A stretch of 64,000 bases of DNA from Alphaproteobacteria bacterium (GCA_020632755.1 JACKEY010000009.1:63332-127331), one strand, 5' to 3'; shown: positions 1-8,801, counted from the first letter of the stretch. Made by a program: numbers and translations. The notes: generated by a model not told the origin, from the letters alone.

Positions 1-64
1 CGAGCTGCCCGACCTGGGCCGCGACCTGTGCCTGCGGCTGATGCTGGTGCTGTCGCCCGAGCCC

Positions 65-1309
65 TCAGCCGCCCAGCAGCAGCTTGACGGCCAGCACGCT
101 GCCGACGACCCCCATCAGGTCGGCGGTGAGCCCGGCCGGCACGGCGTGGCGCAGCCGGCTGACGCCGACACTGCCGAAGTAGACGGCCAGCACGTAGAAG
201 GTGGTCTCGGTGCTGCCGTTCATGGTGGTGACCAGGTTGCCGATGTAGCTGTCGGGCCCGTGGGTCTCGACCAGCTCGGCGGTGATGCCGAAGGCGCCGC
301 TGCCGGACAGGGGCCGCAGGAGCGCCAGGGGCAGGGCCTCGGGCGGCAGCCCCAGGGGGCCGGTGATCTCGCCCAGGTACCGGGTGATGACCTCGAGCCC
401 GCCGCTCTTCCGCAGCATGCCGACGCTGGACAGGATGGCGACCAGGTACGGGATGATGGTGACCGCTAGGGAGAAGCCCTCCTTCGCGCCGGCCACGAAC
501 ACCTCGTAGACCTTGACCCCGCGCACGACGCCGACGGTGAGCATCAGCAGGATGAGCGAGGGGATGATCCAGACGCTGGCCTTCTCGCCGAGCGCGTAGA
601 CCGTCACCACCAGGGCCAGCAGGCCGGCGATGAACAGGCCGAGCAGCAACAGATCCACGGCCAGGCTGGACAGGTCCACGTTGCGCTTCGCCCGCACCTC
701 GGCCGCCGCGCGGCGCTGGGCTTCGGGGGCGCGGAAGAAGGGCAGCCGGCTGTAGAGGATGGCCGCGGCGATGCCGCACAGCGTCGAGATGCTGGTCGCC
801 ATCAGGGTCGTCGGGAAGATCGCCGCGGGATCGACCGAGCCCTTGAGCGCGCGCAGGCCGATGATGCCGGTCGGCAGCAGCGCCAGGCCGCTGGTGTTGA
901 TGGCCAGGAACAGCACCATGGCGTTGGTGGCGGTGCCCTTCTCGGCGTTGAGCTCGTCGAGCTCCTTCATGGCCTTGAGCCCGAAGGGGGTCGCGGCGTT
1001 GCCGAGCCCCAGCGCGTTGGCGGCGATGTTCATCACCATCGCGCCCATCGCCGGGTGATCGGGCGGCACGTCGGGGAACAGGAGCACCAGCACCGGACGG
1101 ATGAGCCGGGCCATGAACCGGAGCCCGCCGGCTTCTTCGACCACCTTCATCAGCCCCAGGAACAGGGCGATGTAGCCGACCAGACCGATGGCCAGCTCGA
1201 CGCTGGCCTTGGCGCTGTCGAGCGCGGCGGTGCCGACCTCGCCGGGAGTGCCGAACAGGATGGCGGACACGAAGGCGGCCAGCACCAGGCCGTAGAAGAC
1301 GACGTTCAT
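65..1309 (-). CDS. SpmA/SpmB-like nucleoside-recognition (Gate) domain membrane protein
   Basis: 414-aa ORF. MNVVFYGLVLAAF...GLMKVVEEAGGL...HPAMGAMVMNIAANALGLGNAATPFGLKAM matches the SpmA N-terminal pattern by eye. The rest is polytopic and hydrophobic (SpmB-like). Codons have GC-rich third positions. Confidence 0.75.
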   Translation of the reverse strand: MNVVFYGLVLAAFVSAILFGTPGEVGTAALDSAKASVELAIGLVGYIALFLGLMKVVEEAGGLRFMARLIRPVLVLLFPDVPPDHPAMGAMVMNIAANALGLGNAATPFGLKAMKELDELNAEKGTATNAMVLFLAINTSGLALLPTGIIGLRALKGSVDPAAIFPTTLMATSISTLCGIAAAILYSRLPFFRAPEAQRRAAAEVRAKRNVDLSSLAVDLLLLGLFIAGLLALVVTVYALGEKASVWIIPSLILLMLTVGVVRGVKVYEVFVAGAKEGFSLAVTIIPYLVAILSSVGMLRKSGGLEVITRYLGEITGPLGLPPEALPLALLRPLSGSGAFGITAELVETHGPDSYIGNLVTTMNGSTETTFYVLAVYFGSVGVSRLRHAVPAGLTADLMGVVGSVLAVKLLLGG

Positions 1310-1315
1310 GGGGGT

Positions 1316-2416
1316 TCAGCCCTGCGAGGTGAGGCGGAGGGCCAGCAACAGCACCAGACCCCGAGCCAGGACGAGCGGTTCCACGCCCGCGAGGTGCAGC
1401 GGCCCCAGGTCGACGACCTCGACCGGCTGGCGACCCGAGGGGTGGGCCGGCGGCTGGGGGAAGCGCTGGACCCGCCAGGGCTCGGCCAGGGGGTCGGCCG
1501 GGTCCACATCGACGATGTGCAGGTAGGGCACGGTGCGGCGGAGCTCGGTGTCCAGGGCGTTGGCGTCGAAGTGTTCGTCCAGCCAGGGCTGGAACTCGGG
1601 CGTCTGGATGCGCCCGCCGACCGACAGCACCGCCAGGGTCCGGTCCCGGAGCCCGGCGCCGGCCACCAGCGTCGCCAGGGTGCGCTGCACGGAGCGGCCA
1701 GCGGCGACGATGACGACGCGGTCGGAGTCGGCGGTGAGCGCGGCCTCGACCACCTCGAAGAAGGCCTCGACGTGGGTCTCGTCGGTGGGGGTGGAGGGGT
1801 CCGGGAGGCGCGGCGCGACCACGCAGCGCAGGCCGTCCACCGCACCGGACACGGCGTCGGCCAGGGCGGGAGGGAGCCCGTCGAGGACGAGGACCACGCC
1901 GTCCATGCGGCGAGAGAGGACGGTCTGGAGTGCCGCGTCCCAGGAGGCGACGTGGTCCCAACCCGCGTCGGGGCCCAGGATCACGGCGGGATCGTGGTCC
2001 TGACCGAGCACCGCCGGGTCGCCCAGGAGCTCGTTCCGGGCGTGTTCGTCGTCGACGTACATGCGGGCCAGCCGCGGCCCCGGGCCGTCGATGGTGGCCA
2101 GTGCCTCGACCAGGACCCGCTCGCCGGACAGGGCGGGCACCGGGATCTCGTCGAGCCGGGCGTGGGACAGCTTCGCCTCGGCGTCCCGCCCGGCCGGGTG
2201 CCACAACACATGGCCCAGCACGCGGTCCGCCCACTCCTGCTGCGCCTGCTTGTCGGTGCTGCCCCGTTCCTCCTCGACCCGACCGGCGGTGACCACCGAC
2301 AGGCCGACCTTGAACAGGCGCTCCCACTGCAGCGCAGGCGGGCGCGGGATGGACAGGGCGACAGCCCACAGGGCCAGCCCCGCCGCGACGACCTCGACCC
2401 ACAGCTCGACCGTCAT
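1316..2416 (-). CDS. hypothetical membrane-anchored protein
   Basis: Internal ATG (MTVELWVEVVAAGLALWAVALS...) within the 1316..4024 run-through ORF. Its ATG overlaps the stop of the upstream Wzy-like gene (ATGA at 2413-2416). One N-terminal TM helix. No family recognised. Confidence 0.6.
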   Translation of the reverse strand: MTVELWVEVVAAGLALWAVALSIPRPPALQWERLFKVGLSVVTAGRVEEERGSTDKQAQQEWADRVLGHVLWHPAGRDAEAKLSHARLDEIPVPALSGERVLVEALATIDGPGPRLARMYVDDEHARNELLGDPAVLGQDHDPAVILGPDAGWDHVASWDAALQTVLSRRMDGVVLVLDGLPPALADAVSGAVDGLRCVVAPRLPDPSTPTDETHVEAFFEVVEAALTADSDRVVIVAAGRSVQRTLATLVAGAGLRDRTLAVLSVGGRIQTPEFQPWLDEHFDANALDTELRRTVPYLHIVDVDPADPLAEPWRVQRFPQPPAHPSGRQPVEVVDLGPLHLAGVEPLVLARGLVLLLALRLTSQG

Positions 2417-3924
2417 GTCTCCCCCGCCGCGGCCCGCGCCTTGGCGGCCTGCTGGCGCCACGGCAGCCGTGGGCGGTTGTCCCAGCGCGGCAGGGGCGGG
2501 CCTTCGCCGCTCCGGGCCCGCTCCGCGATCAGGTAGAGCGAGGTGTACACGGCCAGGAACTCCCAGAACGGCTTCTCGGTGATGGTGAACTCCACGAAGG
2601 ACCACGCCAGGTAGCCGAGCATGGCCGCCGGCATGGTCCAGGCCACCACCTCGGCCACCGTACCGCGCGTCGCCGCGATCAAGCGGCCCGCCATGCCGAT
2701 GATGGCGACCACCAGCCAGCCGAGCAGCACCAGCCCCGGCACGCCGTAGTGCGCGAGGAACTCCCAGAAGATGCCGTGGGGATAGTCGTACAGGCTCTGG
2801 GACAGGTAGTAGTGGTACTGGGGCAGCAGGTCGGTGTAGCCGCCGGCGCCGATGCCGCGGCCCCACGTGTCCTGGAACATCTGGACGCAGACCTCCCAGT
2901 TCCACTGCCGGTAGCTCTGCCGCAGCGTCAGGGCGTTGGTCGTGATGCGGGTCAGCGCGGCCGCGCCCGACAGGTTCGACGCAACGATGAGCACGCCGAC
3001 GGCGGCGCTGGCGGCGGCCAGGCGGATGAACCAGCGGCGGAACACCGGGTGGGCCAGCGACACGAGCATGCCGCCGATCAGCGTGGCGTAGGCGCCACCG
3101 CGCGAGCCGGACTGCAGCATCGAGTAGAAGATGAACGCCCCGGCGCCGGCCAGGGCCACCCGCAGCCAGGTCCGCCGCTCGACCAGCGCCAGCCCGAAGC
3201 AGGTCGGGATGATGAACATCAGGTTCATCGCGAACCAGTTCGGCTGCTGGCCGAGGCCGGTCTCGCGGCCACCGCCGGCCGCCGCCTGGAAGGCGTTGCC
3301 CGACACCAGCGACGAGCCATCGGTCAGCGCAGCGACCAGGCCGATGGCCACACAGGCGCCGATCCACGCCAGCACCACCCAGCGGAAGTGGGCCCACGTG
3401 CGCACGAAGGCCAGGATCACCAGCGTGTTGGCCAGCACCAGGCCGAGGGGGATGACCTCGCCCAGGGTCTCCTTGAGGGACACGCTCCACAGCACCGTCA
3501 GCGCGACCCAGCTGCAGAGCGCCAGGAAGGGGGTCTTCCACGGCCAGGCGCGCCACAGCCGCTCGCGGTGGAAGACGACGTGGAAGACCAGCGCGGCCAG
3601 GCAGAGCAGCAGCGCAGGCTCGAAGGGGCCGATGCCCATCCGGCCGATCCGGAAGAAGACCGTGGCGCCCGTGGACAGCAGCCGCGCGGCGATGAGCACG
3701 CAGACGCCCAGCAGCGGGTACTCGAGCACGGCCAGGGCCCCGGCCGTGCCGATCACGGCCGCGATGGTGACGCGGGGGTCGAAGGCGAGGGTACTGATCA
3801 GCACGAGCTCGACGACCAGCACGACGAGGAGCCAGGCGGGCCCGCCGATCCAGGAGGTCGCTCGGTGCAGGCGCTCGATCACGGGGCTCCGGAGGGCGGG
3901 GGCGGGCGCGGACCGGGAGAGCAT
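2413..3924 (-). CDS. O-antigen ligase / Wzy_C-like polytopic membrane protein
   Basis: ORF 2413..4098 trimmed to the ATG at 3924 (MLSRSAPAP...). More than 10 hydrophobic segments and a large loop with ...SMLQSGSRGGAYATLIGGMLV..., typical of O-antigen polymerase/ligase family proteins. Confidence 0.65.
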   Translation of the reverse strand: MLSRSAPAPALRSPVIERLHRATSWIGGPAWLLVVLVVELVLISTLAFDPRVTIAAVIGTAGALAVLEYPLLGVCVLIAARLLSTGATVFFRIGRMGIGPFEPALLLCLAALVFHVVFHRERLWRAWPWKTPFLALCSWVALTVLWSVSLKETLGEVIPLGLVLANTLVILAFVRTWAHFRWVVLAWIGACVAIGLVAALTDGSSLVSGNAFQAAAGGGRETGLGQQPNWFAMNLMFIIPTCFGLALVERRTWLRVALAGAGAFIFYSMLQSGSRGGAYATLIGGMLVSLAHPVFRRWFIRLAAASAAVGVLIVASNLSGAAALTRITTNALTLRQSYRQWNWEVCVQMFQDTWGRGIGAGGYTDLLPQYHYYLSQSLYDYPHGIFWEFLAHYGVPGLVLLGWLVVAIIGMAGRLIAATRGTVAEVVAWTMPAAMLGYLAWSFVEFTITEKPFWEFLAVYTSLYLIAERARSGEGPPLPRWDNRPRLPWRQQAAKARAAAGET

Positions 3925-4121
3925 AGGCCCCCGCCCGCAGCCTGTCTCGCGTCCGGATTGCGACGCCTTCGGCACCCCGGCATCCGAAGCGGCACATGCC
4001 CACGGCGGGCGCCGGTGTTGACACGCCCAGATCGAGTTGTCACACTGCCTCCGCCTGGGGTGTGTGCCCCCAGTCGGTCCGGCTCGCCGGACACTCACCG
4101 CAACCCCACGAGGAGATCCCC

Positions 4122-4310
4122 ATGAAGAAGAACCTGCTGATGCTGGCCGCCGGCGCGACCACCCTGGCCCTGGGCGCCACCACCCTCGCCGCCTGCGGCG
4201 ACAAGGATGACGACAGCGGCACCGGCGACAACGCCTGCAACGCCTGCAACGCCTGCAACGCCTGCAACGCCTGCAACGCCTGCAACGCCTGCAACGCTTG
4301 CGGTGGCTGA
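4122..4310 (+). CDS. small cysteine-repeat lipoprotein, (Asn-Ala-Cys)x8
   Basis: ATG at 4122 is preceded by AGGAGA (4111-4116). Signal peptide MKKNLLMLAAGATTLALGATTLAAC carries the lipobox LAAC. Mature part is GDKDDDSGTGD(NAC)x8GG. A strong hairpin lies downstream. Confidence 0.7.
   Translation: MKKNLLMLAAGATTLALGATTLAACGDKDDDSGTGDNACNACNACNACNACNACNACNACGG
4230..4301 (+). repeat. 9-bp tandem repeat AACGCCTGC x8 (last unit AACGCTTGC), in frame
   Basis: Read directly: seven identical units plus one single-base variant, encoding NAC x8. Confidence 0.95.
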
Positions 4311-4331
4311 GCCTTCCCGGCTCACCAGCTC

Positions 4332-4362
4332 GCGCCCCGGCGTCCTCGCGACGCCGGGGCGC
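4332..4362 (+). terminator. GC-rich hairpin (13-bp perfect stem, 5-nt loop) after the NAC-repeat gene
   Basis: GCGCCCCGGCGTC-ctcgc-GACGCCGGGGCGC, 22 nt after the stop. There is no U-tract, as is common in high-GC genomes. Confidence 0.55.
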
Positions 4363-4437
4363 GCTGCGTCTCGGGGTCCCCTCCCCAGCAGCGGTGCGCT
4401 AGACCGACTCCTCGAACGCCACCCCGGACCCTCCACC

Positions 4438-5694
4438 GTGCTCCTGCTCCTCCCCCTGCTCCTGGCCTGCGACGAGCCCGCCCAGGACCAGCACCACGCC
4501 GTCGCCCTGTCGAAGATCCCGGCCACCGTCGAGCCCGTGACCGAGAGCGAGTGGCTGCAGGACCACTGGACCTTCCCGGTGCCGGCCCAGGGGGACGCGC
4601 CGGCCGACTGGGCGCCCATCGAAGCGTCGCTGGACCCGACGGCATGCGGCACCTGCCACCCCGCGCAGTACGCCGACTGGAAGGACAGCTGGCACGCCAT
4701 CGGCATGGGCCCGGGCGTGATGGGACAGCTGGTCGACTGGGACGGCAGCGACGATCGCACGGTGCTGCAGTGCCAGCGCTGCCACGCGCCCCTGACCGAG
4801 CAGCTTCCACGCCTGAAGACCGGCCAGGACGCCGACGGCAAGGCCGTCTACGGCGACAACCCGCTCTACGTGGCCGACCTGCGCGACGACGGGCTGACCT
4901 GTGCGGGCTGCCACGTCCGCCAGCACGTGCGACACGGCCCGCCCAAGGACGGCCGCCCTGCCGACGAGACCGGCCGCGCGCTGGTCGACGGGCCGCACGA
5001 CGGCTTCGTGCCGCGGGACGAGTACCGCGACAGCAGCTTCTGCATGGACTGCCACGACTTCGAGCAGCAGCAGCTGGCGCTCAACGACAAGCTGCTGCAG
5101 GAGACCACGGCCGAGTGGGCGCGCACGTCCTACGCCGCCGACGGCGTGACCTGTCAGTCCTGCCACATGCCGGAAGGCCGCCACCTGTTCCGCGGCATCC
5201 ACGATCGCGACACGGTGCTGCAGGGCGTCGACGTCCAGGCCGCGCTCACCGAGCCCGGCAGCCTGCTGAAGCCCATCCAGGCGACGCTGACGCTGACGAA
5301 CAGCGGCACGGGCCACCGGCTGCCCACCTACACGACCCCCGAGATCAAGCTGTTCATCTGGCAGGTGGACGAAGACGGCGCCGAGCTGGCCGACACCCGG
5401 CGCGAGGGCTCGGTGGGCCGCCGGATCACGCCGAACCTGCAGAAAGAGCTCTACGACACGCGGCTCCTGCCGGGCGAGCAGAGCACCCTGCCCTATGGCG
5501 CCCGCCGTCACCTGCAGGCCCACGCGCTCGTCGCCCGGGTCGAGGTCTGGCCGGACGAGGCCTACCGCCGCTTCTATGAGATCAAGCTCAAGAAGCCGGA
5601 GAACCATCCCCGGGGCGAGGCGCAGCTGCGCGAGGCGATGCAGGCGAGCGTGGACTCGCGCTACACGCTGTGGGAGCAGACGATCCCGCTCTGA
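4438..5694 (+). CDS. multiheme c-type cytochrome (5 CxxCH), probable lipoprotein
   Basis: Five haem-binding motifs: CGTCH, CQRCH, CAGCH, CMDCH, CQSCH. Start placed at the in-frame GTG at 4438 (VLLLLPLLLAC, lipobox-like). The exact start is uncertain, and the 4207 ATG would overlap the NAC gene and the terminator. Confidence 0.7.
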   Translation: MLLLLPLLLACDEPAQDQHHAVALSKIPATVEPVTESEWLQDHWTFPVPAQGDAPADWAPIEASLDPTACGTCHPAQYADWKDSWHAIGMGPGVMGQLVDWDGSDDRTVLQCQRCHAPLTEQLPRLKTGQDADGKAVYGDNPLYVADLRDDGLTCAGCHVRQHVRHGPPKDGRPADETGRALVDGPHDGFVPRDEYRDSSFCMDCHDFEQQQLALNDKLLQETTAEWARTSYAADGVTCQSCHMPEGRHLFRGIHDRDTVLQGVDVQAALTEPGSLLKPIQATLTLTNSGTGHRLPTYTTPEIKLFIWQVDEDGAELADTRREGSVGRRITPNLQKELYDTRLLPGEQSTLPYGARRHLQAHALVARVEVWPDEAYRRFYEIKLKKPENHPRGEAQLREAMQASVDSRYTLWEQTIPL

Positions 5695-5744
5695 TCAGGC
5701 TCGACGGCGACCGCTCGGCGCGCCGGCTCAGCGGCGGCGCTGGC

Positions 5745-5921
5745 TCAGCGGCGGCGACGACGACGCTGGCGCTGGGCACCAGGGTGCTGCGGCCGGTGCA
5801 CCGGCACGGGCACGGGGACCGGCTCGGGTTCCGGGCCCCGCAGCACGTCCTCGAGCCACTCCCGCAGGCGATCGGCCAGCTCGGGCAGAGACCCTCGGTC
5901 ATGCTGCTTGCGGTCCGTCAC
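5745..5921 (-). CDS. small hypothetical protein (58 aa) with a Pro/Val repeat and a poly-Arg tail
   Basis: GTG start 5 nt after GGAGG. Sequence VTDRKQHDRGSLPELADRLREWLEDVLRGPEPEPVPVPVPV...QRRRRRR. No homology recognised. Confidence 0.25.
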   Translation of the reverse strand: MTDRKQHDRGSLPELADRLREWLEDVLRGPEPEPVPVPVPVHRPQHPGAQRQRRRRRR

Positions 5922-6044
5922 TCGCTCCTCCCGGGCGCAGGGGTGGCTTCCCTGTTCACAGTATAGACACTGGAGCGGGACTGGCGAGTCCTTCCTGGCC
6001 GCCGCCCGCTGGCGCTCCGTCCCCCCGCCCCGGACAGCCCCCCG

Positions 6045-7751
6045 TTGTTCCCGCTCCCGCGCAGGTTTCCGCTCTCCCTGGTGCTCGCGCTGGCGGTCTA
6101 CCTGGCGCTGGCGACCGCGACGGTGAGACAAGTCGGGACCGTCGGCGAGGTCGACCTGTCGTGGGGACGAGGCGCCCCCCCGGCGGTGCTGACGTCCCTG
6201 GACCCGCCGACCTGGGCCGACGGCGCGGCCGAGCCGACCAGCGGCGACCGCGCCGGGCCGCTGGTCGCCAGCCAGGTGCGGCCGATCGAGGGCCTGGCGC
6301 TGGGGCCGCTGCGGCTGCCGCTGATGGTGAACAGCTACACGGGCGGGCTGCTGGACTGGCCGGCCCGGTTGCTGTTCCTGGCGACGGGCAGCCGACGGGC
6401 CGTCACCGCGCTGCACGTGCTGCTGGGCGCGCTGCTGCTGGCCGGACTGCACCGGTTCCTGCGGCGACGCGGCACCGACATCGCCGCGGCGGTCGGCGGG
6501 CTGGTGCTGGCGACGGACTGGGGCTTCGTCTTCTACCGGAAGGTGCTGGGCGGCACCGAGCTCGGACTGCTGGCGGGCGGGCTCTTGTGCCTGACCGCCC
6601 TGTGGAGCCGGCGCTGGGGCGGCGGGCGCCACGGGCTCCTGCTGTTCGGCCTGGGCGCGGGCCTCGGCCTGGCCGCCAAGGCCACCTTCGCCCTGTCGCT
6701 GGTGGCGCTGCTGTTCACCGCGCTGCTGATGCGCTGGGACCGTCCGGCGATGGCGCCTCCGCCCCCCAAGGGACTGTGGAAGCCGGCCCTGGCCCTGGTC
6801 CTGCCGCTCGTGCCGCTGCTGGTGGCCGCGGTGCACCACATGACCGCCGTGCCCGCGCATGTGCCGAGCCACGACTTCCCGGCCCTGCAGCTGTCGCGGG
6901 TCGAGGGCGCGCTGCGCGGCGGAGCCGGTCCGGCCCGCGAAGGCCTGGCCAACCTGTGGCTGATGGTGTCGGAGCCGTTGGGCTTCTTCGGGCCGGCCTA
7001 CGGCGTCGCCGACGCCCCTGGCGCCGACCCGCTGCGCCTGCTGGGCTGCCTGCTGGCGCTGGGCGGCGTGGCGCTGGGCTGGCGCTCCTGGCGCGACCGC
7101 AGCCCGGCGGACGCGCTGCTGCGGTTCAGCAGCGTCTACCTGGCGCTGCAGCTGCTGCTGTTGTGGGCCGTGGCCCGCGATCTGCACCACCTGGCCCAGG
7201 CCGCCCCCACCGCCGCCATCGTCGTCGGGCTCTCGCTGGACCGGCTGGCCGGGCGGTTCACACCGCCGCGCTCCCCCGCGCGGGCCCGCTCCGCGCTGCT
7301 GCTCGCCGCCCCGCTGTGCCTGGCCGGCGCCATCAGCCTGGGGCGCACCGACGCCGTCGTGCGCCAGGTGACCGTCCCCACCTTCACCGAGGCAGGCCAG
7401 CAGGCCATCGTCGACCTGCTGCACGACCACGACGCCCGCCGGCTGCTGGTCGCCGACTACGAGAGCTACGGCATGCTCGAGCTGCGGGCCCCCGACGTCG
7501 ACGCCGTGCACGCCTGGCCCGCCATGGCGACGGCCGCGCGCGAGCGACGCGATCCGCTGCCGGCGCTGCTGGCCTACGCCGCCGATCAGGACCGCCTGCT
7601 GCTGACCGTCCAGGCCAGCCAGCCGATGGCCTACAACCTGCGCCGCTCGCCCGCCCAGCTCGAGACCGCCGCCGCAGCCGCGGGGCTGTCGCTCACCGCG
7701 GTCGGACGGCTGCCCGGCGACGCCGCCGTCCTGTGGCGGGTCGACCGCTGA
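6045..7751 (+). CDS. polytopic membrane glycosyltransferase-like protein (GT-C fold, ArnT/PMT-like)
   Basis: 568-aa ORF with about 10 N-terminal TM segments (…NSYTGGLLDWPARLLF…) and a soluble C-terminal domain. The architecture resembles GT39/GT83-type enzymes. The assignment rests on architecture only. Confidence 0.5.
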   Translation: MFPLPRRFPLSLVLALAVYLALATATVRQVGTVGEVDLSWGRGAPPAVLTSLDPPTWADGAAEPTSGDRAGPLVASQVRPIEGLALGPLRLPLMVNSYTGGLLDWPARLLFLATGSRRAVTALHVLLGALLLAGLHRFLRRRGTDIAAAVGGLVLATDWGFVFYRKVLGGTELGLLAGGLLCLTALWSRRWGGGRHGLLLFGLGAGLGLAAKATFALSLVALLFTALLMRWDRPAMAPPPPKGLWKPALALVLPLVPLLVAAVHHMTAVPAHVPSHDFPALQLSRVEGALRGGAGPAREGLANLWLMVSEPLGFFGPAYGVADAPGADPLRLLGCLLALGGVALGWRSWRDRSPADALLRFSSVYLALQLLLLWAVARDLHHLAQAAPTAAIVVGLSLDRLAGRFTPPRSPARARSALLLAAPLCLAGAISLGRTDAVVRQVTVPTFTEAGQQAIVDLLHDHDARRLLVADYESYGMLELRAPDVDAVHAWPAMATAARERRDPLPALLAYAADQDRLLLTVQASQPMAYNLRRSPAQLETAAAAAGLSLTAVGRLPGDAAVLWRVDR

Positions 7752-7760
7752 GCGCCCCGT

Positions 7761-8801
7761 TCAGCGCTGCGCGACCGCGCTGTCCAGCGTCGCCGACAGC
7801 CGGGCGACCTCGGCCTGGAAGGTGGCGAGGTGCTCGGGCGCCAGGGTCCGGTGCGTGGTCTGGTGGTAGTCCAGCGGGTCCACGACCTTGTCGCCCTGGT
7901 GCAGCTCGTAGTGCAGGTGCGGCGCCGTGCTGCGCCCGGTGTTGCCCGACAGGGCCACGACCTGGCCGGCCGAGACGCGCTGGCCGGCCTTCACCTGGGT
8001 CTCCGACAGGTGCAGCATCTTGGCGATGGTGCCGTCGTCGTACTGCAGCTCGACGCAGTTGCCGTTGGCGTGCCAGTTCCAGTCGGTGCGCAGCACGGTC
8101 GCGTTGCGCGGCGACTTGACCGGGGTGCCTTCGGGCGCCTTGAAGTCCATGCCCTTGTGGGTGGGCCGGTCCTTGAGCAGCGAGGTGATCTGCTCGTAGG
8201 ACTCCAGGGGCCCGTCGACCAGGTGCTCGCTGACCTCGCGGCCGTCGGCGTCGAAGTAGCGGGCGAAGGACTCGCCGGGGACCTGGAAGCGGTAGGCGTT
8301 CAGGGTGCGGCCCAGCTTGTTGCTGTGGAACCGTGCGGCGGCGACTTCCGGGTGGCCCTGGGTGTTGACGTACCAGGCGACCTCGACCCGGTCGCCCTGC
8401 TGCAGGTCGCGGCGCAGGTCCAGGTCCCACACGAACAGGCGGGCGTAGGCGGCGGACAGGGCGTCGCCGTCTTCGCCTTCGGCGCTCTGGAAGGTGCGGG
8501 CCAGCGAGTGCGACACATCGGCGGCGGTCAGGCGCCAGTTGGCGGGCACGTCGACGGCGGGCACCGCGGCGACGGGGACGCCAGCCGCATCCGCCAGGGC
8601 GCCGTCCGCCATGGCGGGCGCGGCGGCCAGCCCGTCGCTGTCGGCGGTGGCCGAGGTCGTGAGCGTCAGCTCGACGTCCGGCGCGTCGCAGTCCGCGTCG
8701 TCGCCCGACGGGCGGTCGAGGACCATGACCAGGTTCAGGGCCAGGGAGCTGCCCAGCAGGACGTAGAGGAGCCAGGGCTTGCCGAGGGGGGGCTGCAGCA
8801 T
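7761..8801 (-). CDS. M23 family metallopeptidase (LytM-like)
   Basis: C-terminus reads HKGMDFKAPEGTPV...NGNCVELQYDDGTIAKMLHLS...GNTGRSTAPHLHYELH (HxxxD / HxH M23 signatures). Trimmed to the ATG at 8801 (MLQPPLGKPWLLYVLLGSSLAL, TM/signal). Confidence 0.85.
   Translation of the reverse strand: MLQPPLGKPWLLYVLLGSSLALNLVMVLDRPSGDDADCDAPDVELTLTTSATADSDGLAAAPAMADGALADAAGVPVAAVPAVDVPANWRLTAADVSHSLARTFQSAEGEDGDALSAAYARLFVWDLDLRRDLQQGDRVEVAWYVNTQGHPEVAAARFHSNKLGRTLNAYRFQVPGESFARYFDADGREVSEHLVDGPLESYEQITSLLKDRPTHKGMDFKAPEGTPVKSPRNATVLRTDWNWHANGNCVELQYDDGTIAKMLHLSETQVKAGQRVSAGQVVALSGNTGRSTAPHLHYELHQGDKVVDPLDYHQTTHRTLAPEHLATFQAEVARLSATLDSAVAQR

Noticed and set aside
1-64. A possible 3' end of a plus-strand gene at the window edge (frame 2: ELPDLGRDLCLRLMLVLSPEP…, GC-rich third positions).
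   Set aside because: That frame has no stop until 469 and would overlap the well-supported SpmA/B-like gene by about 400 nt. Its codon bias is equally explained as the in-phase antisense of neighbouring coding sequence. It cannot be resolved without upstream sequence.
1316-4024. Run-through ORFs whose 5' parts extend far upstream of the plausible start: 1316..4024, 11922..14723, 15351..17975, 24550..26040, 28142..32149, 35352..36188, 37739..38827, 44178..44903, 48455..50557, 50481..53591, 55925..58894, 62045..63616, 62533..63939.
   Set aside because: Only the 3' portions show signal peptides, RBSs, stop-start overlaps or family motifs. The upstream parts overlap other well-supported genes. 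I used internal ATG/GTG starts instead.
4040-4294. Minus-strand ORF 4040..4294 encoding (QAL)n, and ORF 4095..4841(-) encoding (GVA)n.
   Set aside because: These are mirror-image translations of the NAC repeat. They have no RBS or signal and overlap the plus-strand lipoprotein gene, which has both.
4230-4301. Short tandem repeats that could be mistaken for CRISPR or another array: 9-bp AACGCCTGC x8, the GACACCGAC-type repeats at about 13080-13200, and the 15-bp repeat at about 11287-11340.
   Set aside because: They have no spacers and a period far below CRISPR size. All lie in frame inside coding regions, where they encode peptide repeats.
5495-8119. Very long ORFs with Arg/Ala/Pro/Gly-rich translations: 5495..8119(+), 5745..7511(-), 9865..12462(-), 12578..14638(+), 12888..14513(-), 27819..30548(-), 45745..48573(+), 46442..48202(-), 50568..53654(-), 55155..57779(-), 58788..60221(-), 58949..60505(+), 60673..62382(+), 60692..61810(-).
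   Set aside because: These are shadow frames of real genes in very GC-rich DNA, where stop codons are rare in every frame. Their products are low-complexity R/A/G/P strings without motifs. Each overlaps a gene on another frame or strand that has clear family signatures.
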